A stretch of 64,000 bases of DNA from Thermoanaerobaculia bacterium (lineage in GTDB: Bacteria > Acidobacteriota > Thermoanaerobaculia > Multivoradales > Multivoraceae), in the NCBI GenBank assembly GCA_963664405.1, contig OY761158.1, positions 224,001-288,000 of the forward strand, in the 5' to 3' direction. The stretch's first letter is position 1. Each line of letters opens with the position of its first letter. Position numbers and translations under genes: made by a program. Below the pieces are notes generated by a model, which made no database searches, was not told the origin of the DNA, and was given only the letters and a program-made list of their open reading frames with translations. This document shows, one piece after another, positions 1 to 9,927 of this stretch.

Positions 1-1203
1 GAAGCGCCCGAGCCGGCGCCGACCGAAGAGCGCGAACCGCCGACAGCGCGACAGCTTGCGTTCGCCCGCGTCGTCGAAGCCCAGAAGGAGAAGACTCCGG
101 TCGAGGGAAAGGTCATCGGCTGGAACCGCGGCGGTTTTCATATCAGCCTCGACGGACTGGCGGCTTTCTGCCCTCGCTCGATGATGGAGATCGGCAACCC
201 GCGCAATCCCGCCGACTACCTCGACCAGACCTTCGCCTTCCGAGTCGCCGAAGTCGACACCAAAGCGCGTCGCGTCGTGGTGTCACGTCAGGAGGTCCTC
301 CAGCAGGAACGCGAGACCGAGCGCAAAGAAGTACGCGACCGCCTCCAGCTCCATGCAACGGTCGAAGGTCGTATTGATTCATTGGCAGACTTTGGCGCCT
401 TCGTCGCACTCGGTGGCGGTATCAAGGGTCTCATCCATCTGTCCGAGATCAGCCGCAAGAGGATCGATCATCCGAAAGAGGCACTCAAGGTCGGCGACGA
501 GATTCAAGCGAAAGTGATCAAGCTCGAAAAGGGCGGCGACCGCGTCTCACTGTCTCTGCGCGAGTTGGAGCCCGACCCGTGGGAAGGCCTCGACCAAAAG
601 TTCGCCCGCGCCGCAACCTTTACAGGCACCATCACACGGCACAGCGATTTTGGTCTCTTCGTAGAAGTGCTCGATGGTATCGAGGGCCTGATGCACTCCA
701 GCCAGCTAGCCATCGGCAAGTCCATGAGCGACGCCAGCCTCGCCGAAGGCGAGACAATCGAGGGCTGGGTGAGGGAGATCGAGCCCTCTCGCCACCGTCT
801 ATCCCTCACCATGCGTGAAGTACCAGAGGGCGATCCCTGGGAAGGAATTTCAAAACGCTACGAAGAAGGCAGCGCCATCGAAGGCAAAGTCGAGCAGGCC
901 GCACGTTTCGGCTTCTTCGTAGAGCTCGAGCCGGGCCTCACCGGCCTACTGCCCTTCTCCGCGGTGTCCGCACCCCAAGGCCGTCGCAAAGAACAGGCGT
1001 ATCGTGCCGGCCAGAAGATCTCGGTCCAGATCATGGAGCTCGACGCCAAGCGCAAGCGAATCTCGTTGGGGCTCGTAGGCTCAGCCGCCGAAGGCACCTC
1101 CTCCGACATTCGCAGCTATCAAAAAGACCAGCGAGGCCCGGAGTCCACCGGTATGGGAGCCCTCGCCGCAGCTTTCGAGAAGCTCAAACAGAATAGCTCT
1201 TGA
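1..1203 (+). CDS. S1 RNA-binding repeat protein (ribosomal protein S1-like), 5' end outside window
   Basis: Frame is open from base 1 (EAPEPAPTEE...VEGKVIGWNRGGFHI). Four S1 repeats are visible, including DFGAFVALGGGIKGLIHLSEIS, DFGLFVEVLDGIEGLMHSSQL and RFGFFVELEPGLTGLLPFS. Confidence 0.9.
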   Translation, partial: EAPEPAPTEEREPPTARQLAFARVVEAQKEKTPVEGKVIGWNRGGFHISLDGLAAFCPRSMMEIGNPRNPADYLDQTFAFRVAEVDTKARRVVVSRQEVLQQERETERKEVRDRLQLHATVEGRIDSLADFGAFVALGGGIKGLIHLSEISRKRIDHPKEALKVGDEIQAKVIKLEKGGDRVSLSLRELEPDPWEGLDQKFARAATFTGTITRHSDFGLFVEVLDGIEGLMHSSQLAIGKSMSDASLAEGETIEGWVREIEPSRHRLSLTMREVPEGDPWEGISKRYEEGSAIEGKVEQAARFGFFVELEPGLTGLLPFSAVSAPQGRRKEQAYRAGQKISVQIMELDAKRKRISLGLVGSAAEGTSSDIRSYQKDQRGPESTGMGALAAAFEKLKQNSS

Positions 1204-2440
1204 GGTCGAGGCACCGCTCCGGAACGAGTGCGAGCAGGCCGAACAATAGAGCTCCGAGAACGGCGACCATCGAGGTCGTCAGCCCGAGCAGGAACGGATT
1301 CTCGGCCGTCCAGCCATAACTCTCGACATAGGCGCCGAAGCCGAGACTCTGGGAGCGCGTCATCAGCGTCCCGCCCAGGACCCAGAGAGGAAGCCACCGG
1401 TAGGCCCGCCCTCGAATGAGCGCCGAACCGAGCAGCGCCAGCGCCGGGAAAGCGAACATCATCTGATAGTGGTACCAGCCAATCGGCGAGGCCAGGGGTG
1501 CCAGAGCGAGTAGAGCGAGGGCGAGGCGCAACCCTTCGATCTGACGGAAGAAGAGCAAGCCGGCTCCGAAGACGAGCACGGCGGCCGAGACCGCTACCGA
1601 GAGCAAGCGCTTCTGCGGGGCGAGCTCCAAGCTGTCGGGGTTATTGCCGGCTCGCCAGTCGAACGGCAGCTCGGCCCCGGCATCGGGCCAATCAGCGAAG
1701 CGAAGGGCTACCGAGGGCAGGGAGAAGCTGAGAGGGGCGGGCGTTCCCATCCAATAGCTCGAGGTCGTCGGTATCTTGGGCGGGCGCAAGGAGAGCGCCG
1801 GCACGACGATCAGGATCAAGGCGACCGCGACTCCGATCAGCGTCGCCCTTAGGCGGCGGGCGCGGATGTGCGGCAGCAGAAGAAGGATCGGCCACAGCTT
1901 GAGCCCGGTGGCGATGCCGATCCACAGCGCCGAACGACCAGGGTGACGATCAAGATCAACCAGGGCCCCAGCGATCAACGCAAGCATCAGCGGGTGAATC
2001 TGACCGAGCACCAAGTTCTCCTGAGTAGTCCCAGCGAAGCAAAAGACCAAGCCGGTCCCGACCAGCGCCGCGAGATCTCGACCACATAGGCGAAAGATCA
2101 GCACTGCCGCCCAGATCAGTGCCACCCAGTTGACCGCGAGCCAGAACTGACGAGCCTGAAGCATCTCGAGACCGGCGAGCGGCAATACCAGGTAGGCGAC
2201 CAGCGCCGGGTAGTCGAACTGGCCGACTACGTAGGGTGAGCCGCCCTCGGAGAGCGAGACTGCCGCACGGTGGTAGTTCGAGAAATCTCCCTCGGTCTGC
2301 GGCAAGTAGCGCAAAGGAGTGAACAGGTTGAGATACAGGAATGGCAGCAGAAAAAGAGCCGCGACAGCGGCGAGCGAGAGGCGAAGCGGCTGGTGGCTCG
2401 ACTCCCCACCCGGGGTTGGAGATTGCGGTTTTCTCGACAC
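1184..2440 (-). CDS. GT87/DUF2029-family membrane glycosyltransferase (GT-C fold); start uncertain
   Basis: DFSNYHRAA...SPY...FDYP, LGQIHPL and GLKLWP motifs in a multi-TM protein. GTG at 2440 chosen to avoid overlap with the divergent gene. Confidence 0.75.
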   Translation of the reverse strand: MSRKPQSPTPGGESSHQPLRLSLAAVAALFLLPFLYLNLFTPLRYLPQTEGDFSNYHRAAVSLSEGGSPYVVGQFDYPALVAYLVLPLAGLEMLQARQFWLAVNWVALIWAAVLIFRLCGRDLAALVGTGLVFCFAGTTQENLVLGQIHPLMLALIAGALVDLDRHPGRSALWIGIATGLKLWPILLLLPHIRARRLRATLIGVAVALILIVVPALSLRPPKIPTTSSYWMGTPAPLSFSLPSVALRFADWPDAGAELPFDWRAGNNPDSLELAPQKRLLSVAVSAAVLVFGAGLLFFRQIEGLRLALALLALAPLASPIGWYHYQMMFAFPALALLGSALIRGRAYRWLPLWVLGGTLMTRSQSLGFGAYVESYGWTAENPFLLGLTTSMVAVLGALLFGLLALVPERCLDLKSYSV

Positions 2441-2585
2441 TGGCAGTGAATCAGACTTGAGCGCGGGGCGGCGAAGAGATCTTATCTTCAGACCTGCGCC
2501 CAATCCGAACCTACACGCCACAGTACAATCGGAGCCACCCCTTGCGTACCGGGCACTGTCAGAGTCGTCTACCGATCGGCCAGCC

Positions 2586-3902
2586 ATGAGAACGAGCGTC
2601 AGCCGGTCGACCCTGCAGAATCTGAAGCGGGTCGTTCTTCTCCTCGTCACAGTCCTCTTCGTCCACCTTCTCTATCGCCACCTCGTCGAGGCGCGGATGG
2701 TGACTCTGCTCCTCATGACCGTGCCGGAGGTCCCGGGTGAGCTCGAGCCGTGGCGAGTGCAGAGCATCTTCGAGAGAGTGGCGAAGGTGTGGCATTGGCG
2801 TCTATTGCTGGTGCTCATGGTCTTCTTCTCCGGGCTTGCGCTCGTCATCCGGGTGCGGCGGCGATGGGGCGATAAACGTGCAGCTACCTGCCTCGGCGCG
2901 TTGGCGACCCTTGGCCTCTGGCTTGGCATCGAGCTGTTGGCGGCGCCCTTTCTCCTCAAACCACTCGATCTCTACAACTACTACTTCGTCTACGACGTCG
3001 ATCACTGGCCACCACCCCGCCATGCAGGCATCGACACCAACGCCGATCGAGTTCGCGGCGAGTTCGGCGGATCCCCCTTTCGCGAGGAAGACGTGAATCT
3101 TCTCTTTCTCGGCGACTCCTTCACTTTCGGCTTCGGCCTCGAGAGCGCCGATCGTGCGTTCCCTGCCCTCGTAGCCGAGGAGCTCTCGTCGAGCTCCGTA
3201 ACGATGCGAAGCGCCAACTTCGCGTGGACTTCGGCATCCCCGATATTGGCCCTGCGTCGGCTCGAAGAGATCGGTGAGCGCTACCACCCCGACCTCGTTC
3301 TCTACTGCTTCGACATGACCGACTTTCACGACGATCTGCGCTACGGAGCCCAGCTCGATAGACGCGGCATCTACTGGTTCTATGCAAAGGTGCCGATCCT
3401 CCTCTCAGCCCTCCAGAAGCACGTCCCCGCCCTCTTCGATGGTCTCTACGGAGCCCTCAACAACCTCCCTCGAGACCGCTACTTTCACAGCGCCCAGCCC
3501 CTGGAGCGATCCCGCCAGGACATGCAGACAGCGATCGACGGTGTCGACGAGATGGCCGAATGGGCCCGGGCCCGAAACCTTCCTTTCGTTCTCTTCGTCC
3601 TACCGAGGACCTATCAATACAGTGCGAGAGAGTCGCCCAAGAATCGGGAGGCTACCTTCTACCGTGTGCTCGGCCCCCACAGCCTGGAGCCCTTCCGCTT
3701 CTTCGACGAAATCGCAAAGACCCGGGAGTACCCGATGCACTCTCTGCTCGCCGCCTTTCAAGAGACGGCCGAATTCCCCACCGCCTTCGAGGACGATCCG
3801 CATTGGAACGAGGCCGGACATCGCGTCGCGGCGGAAGCGATGGTCCATGCCTTGCTGAGCGAGCCGACGATCAGGCCGCTTCTCGAGCCCGACGCTCCCT
3901 GA
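2586..3902 (+). CDS. Membrane-anchored SGNH/GDSL hydrolase-family protein
   Basis: N-terminal TM helices, block I FLGDSFTFG, C-terminal DDPHWNEAGH (DxH). Confidence 0.8.
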   Translation: MRTSVSRSTLQNLKRVVLLLVTVLFVHLLYRHLVEARMVTLLLMTVPEVPGELEPWRVQSIFERVAKVWHWRLLLVLMVFFSGLALVIRVRRRWGDKRAATCLGALATLGLWLGIELLAAPFLLKPLDLYNYYFVYDVDHWPPPRHAGIDTNADRVRGEFGGSPFREEDVNLLFLGDSFTFGFGLESADRAFPALVAEELSSSSVTMRSANFAWTSASPILALRRLEEIGERYHPDLVLYCFDMTDFHDDLRYGAQLDRRGIYWFYAKVPILLSALQKHVPALFDGLYGALNNLPRDRYFHSAQPLERSRQDMQTAIDGVDEMAEWARARNLPFVLFVLPRTYQYSARESPKNREATFYRVLGPHSLEPFRFFDEIAKTREYPMHSLLAAFQETAEFPTAFEDDPHWNEAGHRVAAEAMVHALLSEPTIRPLLEPDAP

Positions 3903-6072
3903 GACCCCGAAGCCACGCCAGAAGAATCGAGCCAGCGCCCAGCAGACTCAGTAGGCTCCCGGCAATGATCCCTGGCGGGCGATAAATGAGTGTGACTCGC
4001 TCCGTTTCTTCGCTAACCGGGATCCCGAGAAGAACACCGTCAATCGGCTCGACCTCAACACCTCGACCGTCGGCTCTCGCCTCCCAGCCTTCATCCCAGG
4101 TTTCGGCAACGATGACCCTTCCCCCACCTCGACCGCGATCGATCGACAGCTCCCAATTGCCCGGATCTCGCCGCACCACCTCGATGCCGGCGGCTCCCCC
4201 ACTCTGCCAGCGGACCAGGGGGTCCGCCCCGTGGCGCTCGAAAATGCGTGCATCGGGGCCGTCGTAGGAGACACTCCAGCCCGGCTCTGGTGCGGCGACG
4301 TCCGGCTCGGCGAGAACCCACCTGACCCCCAATCGGTCTAACCAAGCGCTCCCCCAGGAGGTTATCGGGCGAAAGAAATACGGGCTGTCCGACGCGAAAG
4401 AGCGGTAGACAGCTTCATAGCGCGATGGTTTCAAGGTGTCGTCACCCCGCACATCGTAAAGCTCGTAGACCATCGCAGCGTTGGGCCGAAGGGAGGCGCC
4501 GATGGCGGCGATGCGAGAGTTACGTCCCTCGCCCTCGAGAAAGGAGATGGCGGGGGTCCGCGGGTAGAGCGCCTCCAGATCGAGCGCTGGATTCGTCGCA
4601 TGATGAGCGATTGCAAGCTCCAAGAGCACAGCACAGAGGGATACGCGTATCACCCAGTCGCGGCCAATCCTTCGGGAGCTGAGGGCGGCTAGGACGAGTC
4701 CGGCAAGCACCGCCCATAGAGTCCACCACCCCTGACGTCGAATCAGTCCTGCGGCGTCCCAATCGGCGCTATGACGCGCCCACGCCATCCCCAACGCGAG
4801 CACCACGACCGTCCCCCCTCCCACCAGGCCTCCGCGCCGCCCCGCCGACAACGCTTCGGCGCCCGCTGCCGCAAACAGCCCTAGCCCAAGCGCAACGGCG
4901 AAGAGCAGTCTGTGGTGCAGCATCTGCTGCAGTCCCGGCAGTGCCAAGAGCAGCTCCCGAATTGGCGGCACCTGGTACGCAGCGAGAGCCGAAGCGACGA
5001 GCAGAACCAGCAGGGCACGCCATCGCCGATCTGACCACTTCTGGCGCAGTCCGACAGCGCCAAGGAGCAGAGTGACAACGCCAACAAAGGACGCCGTCGC
5101 GTTGTAGTTGAAGGGACCCCACCAAGTGCCCTGGGCTGGATTCCCGAAGAGGTCCGGGAGCACCAGACGCAGAGGAAGGTCGCTCAGGGTCGCCAGGCTC
5201 AAACGCTCACCTGGCAGCCACTCGCCCCAGCGACTCGATTCGACCACGTTGTAAGCAAGCGGCAAGAGCTGAACGGCCCCGATGAGCACTCCGCTGGCAA
5301 CGCCCCCAAGCCAGGACAGCCACTTCGACCGAGCCTCCCAGGAGGAGCGAAGACCGAGGTAGAGAGCCGTCAACAGGAGGGTATGGACCACGGTTTCCGG
5401 ATGTCCGGACAGCGCCTGCAAGCCCACGACCAAACCCAACCTGCAGATTCTCCCCCTACCTTGTGCACAGCGCTCGGTCTCGACAAAGACCCAAGGGACC
5501 AGGCACAGGGCATTGGCCATGGGAAAGAGAAGAAAGCTCGAAAGCATTCCCGAAAGTGGAAAAGAAAAGCCCGAAATGAGCGCGGCTCGAGGACCGACGC
5601 CGAGCTCACGCGCCAGCCGCCAAGCGCCATAGCCCCCGATCACGATTCGCAACCAGGGCAAGAGAATCAGGCCGAGCTGAAGCGGGAGAGCTGCGAAGAG
5701 GAGATGGAGAGGAAATAGAGGGGCGCTCTGGCCGTTTGCCCAGAAGGGTGCTCCAGAGAACTGGTAGGGATTCCAATACGGAAGACGTCCTCGACGAAGC
5801 TCGCGCCGAAGGTGAAGGAGCCACGGTTGAATCTGAGAGCTGACGTCGACCAGGGTCGGGTTTCCGGAGCGGGCGTCCAAGACCTGTTGCCAAGGCGCTA
5901 CGGCACCTAGCGAGGCGGCAGGGCTCGGCACTCCGTCGGGCTCGGCGAGGATCGGCGCCAGCAGAAGCATGCCGGCGAGGCCTATCAGGCACATCGCCAT
6001 TCCCCGCTCCCGCCCAAACGCGGCCAGGGCTCCTACCGAGAGCAGAAGAAGAACCGGTATGGCGGGGTTCAA
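3871..6072 (-). CDS. YfhO-family membrane protein (putative GT-C glycosyltransferase)
   Basis: GRLPYWNPYQFSGAPFWANGQSAPLFP, SGHPET, and C-terminal ETWDEGWEARADG...VTLIYRP, all typical of YfhO. Confidence 0.85.
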   Translation of the reverse strand: MNPAIPVLLLLSVGALAAFGRERGMAMCLIGLAGMLLLAPILAEPDGVPSPAASLGAVAPWQQVLDARSGNPTLVDVSSQIQPWLLHLRRELRRGRLPYWNPYQFSGAPFWANGQSAPLFPLHLLFAALPLQLGLILLPWLRIVIGGYGAWRLARELGVGPRAALISGFSFPLSGMLSSFLLFPMANALCLVPWVFVETERCAQGRGRICRLGLVVGLQALSGHPETVVHTLLLTALYLGLRSSWEARSKWLSWLGGVASGVLIGAVQLLPLAYNVVESSRWGEWLPGERLSLATLSDLPLRLVLPDLFGNPAQGTWWGPFNYNATASFVGVVTLLLGAVGLRQKWSDRRWRALLVLLVASALAAYQVPPIRELLLALPGLQQMLHHRLLFAVALGLGLFAAAGAEALSAGRRGGLVGGGTVVVLALGMAWARHSADWDAAGLIRRQGWWTLWAVLAGLVLAALSSRRIGRDWVIRVSLCAVLLELAIAHHATNPALDLEALYPRTPAISFLEGEGRNSRIAAIGASLRPNAAMVYELYDVRGDDTLKPSRYEAVYRSFASDSPYFFRPITSWGSAWLDRLGVRWVLAEPDVAAPEPGWSVSYDGPDARIFERHGADPLVRWQSGGAAGIEVVRRDPGNWELSIDRGRGGGRVIVAETWDEGWEARADGRGVEVEPIDGVLLGIPVSEETERVTLIYRPPGIIAGSLLSLLGAGSILLAWLRGLRERRAREAA

Positions 6073-6101
6073 GGGGTGCTACAGATCGAGAAGGGCCCTG
6101 C

Positions 6102-6130
6102 TTGACGGCGTCCGAACGCCTCCGTAGTGT
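6102..6130 (+). promoter_or_regulatory. Putative sigma70 promoter for the 6161 gene
   Basis: TTGACG, 17 nt spacer, TAGTGT, 30 nt upstream of the start codon in a divergent intergenic gap. Confidence 0.45.
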
Positions 6131-6160
6131 ATTCCAATCTCTGCCCACCTCCCCTCCTCG

Positions 6161-8011
6161 TTGACTCAGCCCTCAGCACCTCGCCGCCGCCTCGCGGCAC
6201 TGCTCGTGCTCGCTACGGCTGGCGTCCTGGCACTCTCCTACGGTCCGAGAGTGGGGACCTCGTTTAGCAGCGAAGACTTTCTCATCCTTTCTCACCTCGC
6301 CCGAACCAGCCCTCTCGACGTCTTGATCGAGGGCCTGCGCGCGCCGTGGCTCGGTCTGGACACGGTCGGTTTTTATCGGCCGTTCTCCACCTTCCTGCTC
6401 GCCCTCGAGCTCCACCTGTGGGGGTTGAGGCCGGAACTGTTCCATGCCTCGCATGTCGCGATTCACGGCCTCAACACTCTTCTCTTCGCTCTGCTGCTCT
6501 CGAGGCTCCTTCCCCGCCTTCCCGCCTGGAGCTCGGTCGTCGCCGCCTCGCTCTTCGCCATCCACCCTTTCCACCCGAGCGCGGTCCTATTCACCGGCGC
6601 GTTCGCGACCCTCTTCGGCGCAACCTTTACTCTGCTGGCTCTGCTTTTCTTTGTCGAAGGTCAAAGTGAGACCGGAGGCTTCCGACGACCGCTCTCGGTC
6701 GGACTCTTCGCCGTGGCCCTGGGCTGCTACGAAGCCGCCACTGTGCTACCGATCGTTGTCATGACGGCGGCTGCACTCCTTCCCCACCCCCCTCGCTTTC
6801 GACGCTTGGGCTGGATCGTGAGGAGCTCGTGGCCCTACGTGATCGTGCTGCTTACGTGGCTCGCCCTGAGAGCCTCGGTCCTCGGTGCCATGATCGGAGG
6901 GTACGACTCTTTCCGCCAGAGGTTTGCCGGCCCCGTCCGAGGTCTGGTATCGGATCTCAGCGCGAATGTCGTGCAGATCTTTCATCCCGCGATCGCCGCA
7001 TACAGCCCGAGCCATTACTGGGTCCGGGTGTGGCTAATCACTCTCGCCCTCGCAACCTCGGCGGCTGGCCTTTGGGCTCTTCGTCGCGGCGGGCGCAAGA
7101 GCCTGGACGTCTTCGCCTTCGGCGCCGCATGGGCAGCACTCTCGCTCTCTCCCTTCTCCTTCGTCGGCCTCGTTCCAGCCAATGGGCGCTACGCCTACTT
7201 GGCGGTTGCCGGGCTGTTGATGGCCCTCCTCGCCCTCATCGAAGCCGTCGACCATCAAGGCTCCCGAGCCGTAAGCAGACTCCTTCTCACGCTCTGGCCG
7301 TTGACTCTCGGCGCTATGTGGCTTTCCACCCTGGGTCTCCATCTCCGCGCCTACGAGGATGCGAACGATCAGATCCTTCTGGTCCGCAGCGAGCTCGCTG
7401 CCGTCGCAACGAGCTTCCCTCCAGACGCGACGGTCCTCATCAGTGGGCACCCGGACTTCGTTCATTCGCCGACCGGGGTGCCGCTGGCCAAGGTCTTCCA
7501 GTACGGGCTCGCCGAGTCTGTCTCTCCCCCTTTCGGCCAAGTCTCGGCGACCCTCATCGCTCTTCCTTCCACGGTAGAAGCCCCGACTGCGGAGCTCCTG
7601 AGCCCTCTCCCAAGCACAATGCACTTGAGCTGGGACTCGGCACAGCGGAAGTTTGTGAAGGAGAAGCCGGGTGATCGGCCGACACCGATCCTCCTCTCGC
7701 TAGCCGTTCGAGACGGCAAGATCCGTGTCGGCTGCACTGTGTGCCGAGATCTCACTCTCGTCGTGGCCACTCCGGGGCTGACGCTCATCGAGAGCATCGG
7801 CAGCTCAGGGCTCGATCGCGGCTTCATCCTGCCTTCCCCCCGGTTGCTGGAGGGCGCTTCCAACCCCGACTCGGAATGGGTCCTGTGGTGGATCGAAGAG
7901 AGAGAAGAGAGCAGGATCACCGCCATGAGTGAAGTACGAGAGCTCACTCTCGAGGCGGATCCCCTAGCCGACTTCCTCGCGAGTGCTGCTAGTATTCGCC
8001 CGGCGCAGTGA
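6161..8011 (+). CDS. Multi-TM GT-C superfamily protein (PMT/TMTC-like)
   Basis: SEDF acidic loop, FYRPF, HVAIHGLN, LFAIHPFH, YEAA and GRYAYLA motifs. Confidence 0.7.
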   Translation: MTQPSAPRRRLAALLVLATAGVLALSYGPRVGTSFSSEDFLILSHLARTSPLDVLIEGLRAPWLGLDTVGFYRPFSTFLLALELHLWGLRPELFHASHVAIHGLNTLLFALLLSRLLPRLPAWSSVVAASLFAIHPFHPSAVLFTGAFATLFGATFTLLALLFFVEGQSETGGFRRPLSVGLFAVALGCYEAATVLPIVVMTAAALLPHPPRFRRLGWIVRSSWPYVIVLLTWLALRASVLGAMIGGYDSFRQRFAGPVRGLVSDLSANVVQIFHPAIAAYSPSHYWVRVWLITLALATSAAGLWALRRGGRKSLDVFAFGAAWAALSLSPFSFVGLVPANGRYAYLAVAGLLMALLALIEAVDHQGSRAVSRLLLTLWPLTLGAMWLSTLGLHLRAYEDANDQILLVRSELAAVATSFPPDATVLISGHPDFVHSPTGVPLAKVFQYGLAESVSPPFGQVSATLIALPSTVEAPTAELLSPLPSTMHLSWDSAQRKFVKEKPGDRPTPILLSLAVRDGKIRVGCTVCRDLTLVVATPGLTLIESIGSSGLDRGFILPSPRLLEGASNPDSEWVLWWIEEREESRITAMSEVRELTLEADPLADFLASAASIRPAQ

Positions 8012-8028
8012 GGCTGACGGTCCGCACC

Positions 8029-8376
8029 ATGAGTGAAAGCACCGATCACATTTACAAAGTGGTCTTCTACGACCAGGGCAGAATCTGCGAGCTCTACGCC
8101 AAAGAAGTGCTGCAGGGCGGGCTCTACGGATTCATCGAAGTACAGGAGCTCCTCTTCGGTACCAAGACGGAGGTCGTGATCGACCCCGGCGAGGAGCGAT
8201 TGCAGCGAGAGTTCACCGGTGTCAAGCGAGTGCACATCCCGATGCACGCCGTCGTCCGTATCGACGAGGTGGAGCAGGAGGGACCGAGCCGGATGGGTGA
8301 GCAACCGGACAAGGACGGCACCGTCTCACACTTCCCGGCGCCCGTCTACGCTCCCAAAGGGAGTGACGGCGGCTAA
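8029..8376 (+). CDS. DUF1820-family protein
   Basis: IYKVVFYDQGRICELYAKEV...GFIEV...VIDPGEERLQREFTGVKRVHIPMHAVVRIDEVE. Confidence 0.8.
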   Translation: MSESTDHIYKVVFYDQGRICELYAKEVLQGGLYGFIEVQELLFGTKTEVVIDPGEERLQREFTGVKRVHIPMHAVVRIDEVEQEGPSRMGEQPDKDGTVSHFPAPVYAPKGSDGG

Positions 8377-8399
8377 GAGGTACGACCTCATCTTCCATC

Positions 8400-8882
8400 A
8401 TGTTGGACTCCAGAACGTATCGAGACATCTGGGGCGTCTTTGCGACAGGCGTGACCGTCATCACTACCGACGTCGGCGGTTGGCTGCATGGCATGACGGC
8501 GAACGGTGTCACCTCGGTCTCGGTGGACCCGATGCTGATGCTGGTATGCGTCGACAAGAACGCCCGCTGTCACCCTCAGCTGAGTGAAGCCGGAAGCTTC
8601 GGGGTCAGCTTCCTCGGCGCTGACCAAGAGGAGCTTTCGAATCTCTTTGCCGAGGGCGCCGACCCTGAGGAGGGGGAGCTGCGAGGAGCTCCCTTCCACC
8701 GTGGCGAGCACGGCACACCGATTCTCGACAACGCGATCGCCTATCTGGAATGCGAGCTCAGAGAGATCTTTGCCGGCGGCGACCACGACATCTTCGTCGG
8801 CGAGGCACTCGGCGGAGACTTCCTAGGTGAAGAGATCGAGCCCCTGCTCTTTTTTCGGGGCGGCTACCGACGCATCGGCTAA
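8400..8882 (+). CDS. Flavin reductase-like protein (HpaC/RutF family)
   Basis: FATGVTVITT, GMTANGVTSVSVDP, GGDHDIFVGE, PLLFFRGGY. Confidence 0.9.
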   Translation: MLDSRTYRDIWGVFATGVTVITTDVGGWLHGMTANGVTSVSVDPMLMLVCVDKNARCHPQLSEAGSFGVSFLGADQEELSNLFAEGADPEEGELRGAPFHRGEHGTPILDNAIAYLECELREIFAGGDHDIFVGEALGGDFLGEEIEPLLFFRGGYRRIG

Positions 8883-8949
8883 GTCGAGGCCAGCCCACCG
8901 CCTGACGTTATACTGGCCTACCATCCAGTTAGCTACAAGGAGAGCCATC

Positions 8950-9459
8950 ATGATTCGTTGCAGCGCACTCGTTTTCGCCGTCGCTATTGCGCCCTTACAA
9001 GCGCAACAGAATCTTCTCAGCTCGGAAGCGCAGCAGGCCTGGGCGCGCACCAAAGCGAAGACCGTCGCTGCAGCCGAAAAGATGCCAGAGGAGCATTACG
9101 CCTTCAAGCCTTCACCCGAGAGCCAGAGCTTCGGAGACTTGGTCGCCCACACTGCTGCCGCCGCGATGCGGACATGCGCATCCGCGACCGGCGGGAAAGG
9201 AGCAGCCCCGGTCGAGGGTAGTGCTTCGAAAGCCGTTCTAGTCGCCGCCCTGGCGAGCGCAGTTGCCGAGTGCGACAAGGCCAACGGCGCAATGACCGAC
9301 GCCAACGCTACGGACATGATCGAAGGCCGGCGGGCGGCGCGCTCGCGCCTGGGAACGCTTTACGGGAATACGGTCCACATCGAGCACGAGTACGCGCAGA
9401 TGGCTGTGCACATGCGCCTAAAGGGCCTTGTTCCGCCTTCGACTGCACGGCGCCGTTGA
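8950..9459 (+). CDS. Secreted DinB-family protein
   Basis: Signal peptide; AAEKMPEEHYAFKPSPESQSFGDLVAH and HIEHEYAQMAVHMRLKGLVPPS (DinB His motifs). Confidence 0.8.
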   Translation: MIRCSALVFAVAIAPLQAQQNLLSSEAQQAWARTKAKTVAAAEKMPEEHYAFKPSPESQSFGDLVAHTAAAAMRTCASATGGKGAAPVEGSASKAVLVAALASAVAECDKANGAMTDANATDMIEGRRAARSRLGTLYGNTVHIEHEYAQMAVHMRLKGLVPPSTARRR

Positions 9460-9495
9460 GCTGATGCAGACGGCAGCCCCGAGCGTGTCAGGCAG

Positions 9496-9531
9496 CTAGG
9501 AGCGTGTCCGAGAACTCGGACAGGCGAGTAG
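9496..9531. repeat. Short CTAG-initiated palindrome, possible collapsed MITE/IS footprint
   Basis: CTAGGAGCGTGTCCGAG-AA-CTCGGACAGGCGAGTAG. Confidence 0.45.
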
Positions 9532-9549
9532 TTCTTAGGGGGGGATGGG

Positions 9550-9580
9550 CCGGAGAACGGGCCGCAGGCCCGTTTTCCGG
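9550..9580. terminator. Hairpin between convergent genes (putative terminator)
   Basis: CCGGAGAACGGGCC-GCA-GGCCCGTTTTCCGG, a 14-bp stem with one G-U pair, 2 nt from the STAS gene stop. Confidence 0.55.
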
Positions 9581-9582
9581 GG

Positions 9583-9924
9583 CTAGGCTTCGAAGGCTTC
9601 GAGCGCTTCCTCTTCGTTGTCGTAGATATCGAAGAGCGGAAGCATCTGGCCGATTCTGAGGGTGTGCTGTACTCGGTCAGGCCCCCTCAGAATCTTGAGT
9701 TTCGCGCCAAGCTCGTTGGCGACTCGCAGGCCGGCGACGAGCTCGCCGGCGCCTGAGCTGTCGATGGACGTCAGTTGCGAGAGATCCAGAAGGATCCCCT
9801 TACGCTGGTCCGCCAGCAGGCCGTCGATGAGCTGACGTAGCTCCTCGTCCCCTACTCCGGCACCGAGCCTTCCCTTCAAGGCGGCGACTACTACTTCGCC
9901 GCGCTCACGGATGTCTATCTCCAC
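9583..9924 (-). CDS. STAS-domain anti-sigma factor antagonist
   Basis: LLDLSQLTSIDSSGAGELV (phosphorylatable DSSG), 113 aa. Confidence 0.9.
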   Translation of the reverse strand: MEIDIRERGEVVVAALKGRLGAGVGDEELRQLIDGLLADQRKGILLDLSQLTSIDSSGAGELVAGLRVANELGAKLKILRGPDRVQHTLRIGQMLPLFDIYDNEEEALEAFEA

Positions 9925-9927
9925 GAT

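Noticed and set aside
1-1203. Assigning the symbol rpsA
   Set aside because: The 5' end is missing and a Pro/Glu-rich segment precedes the S1 repeats, so it may be an S1 paralog.
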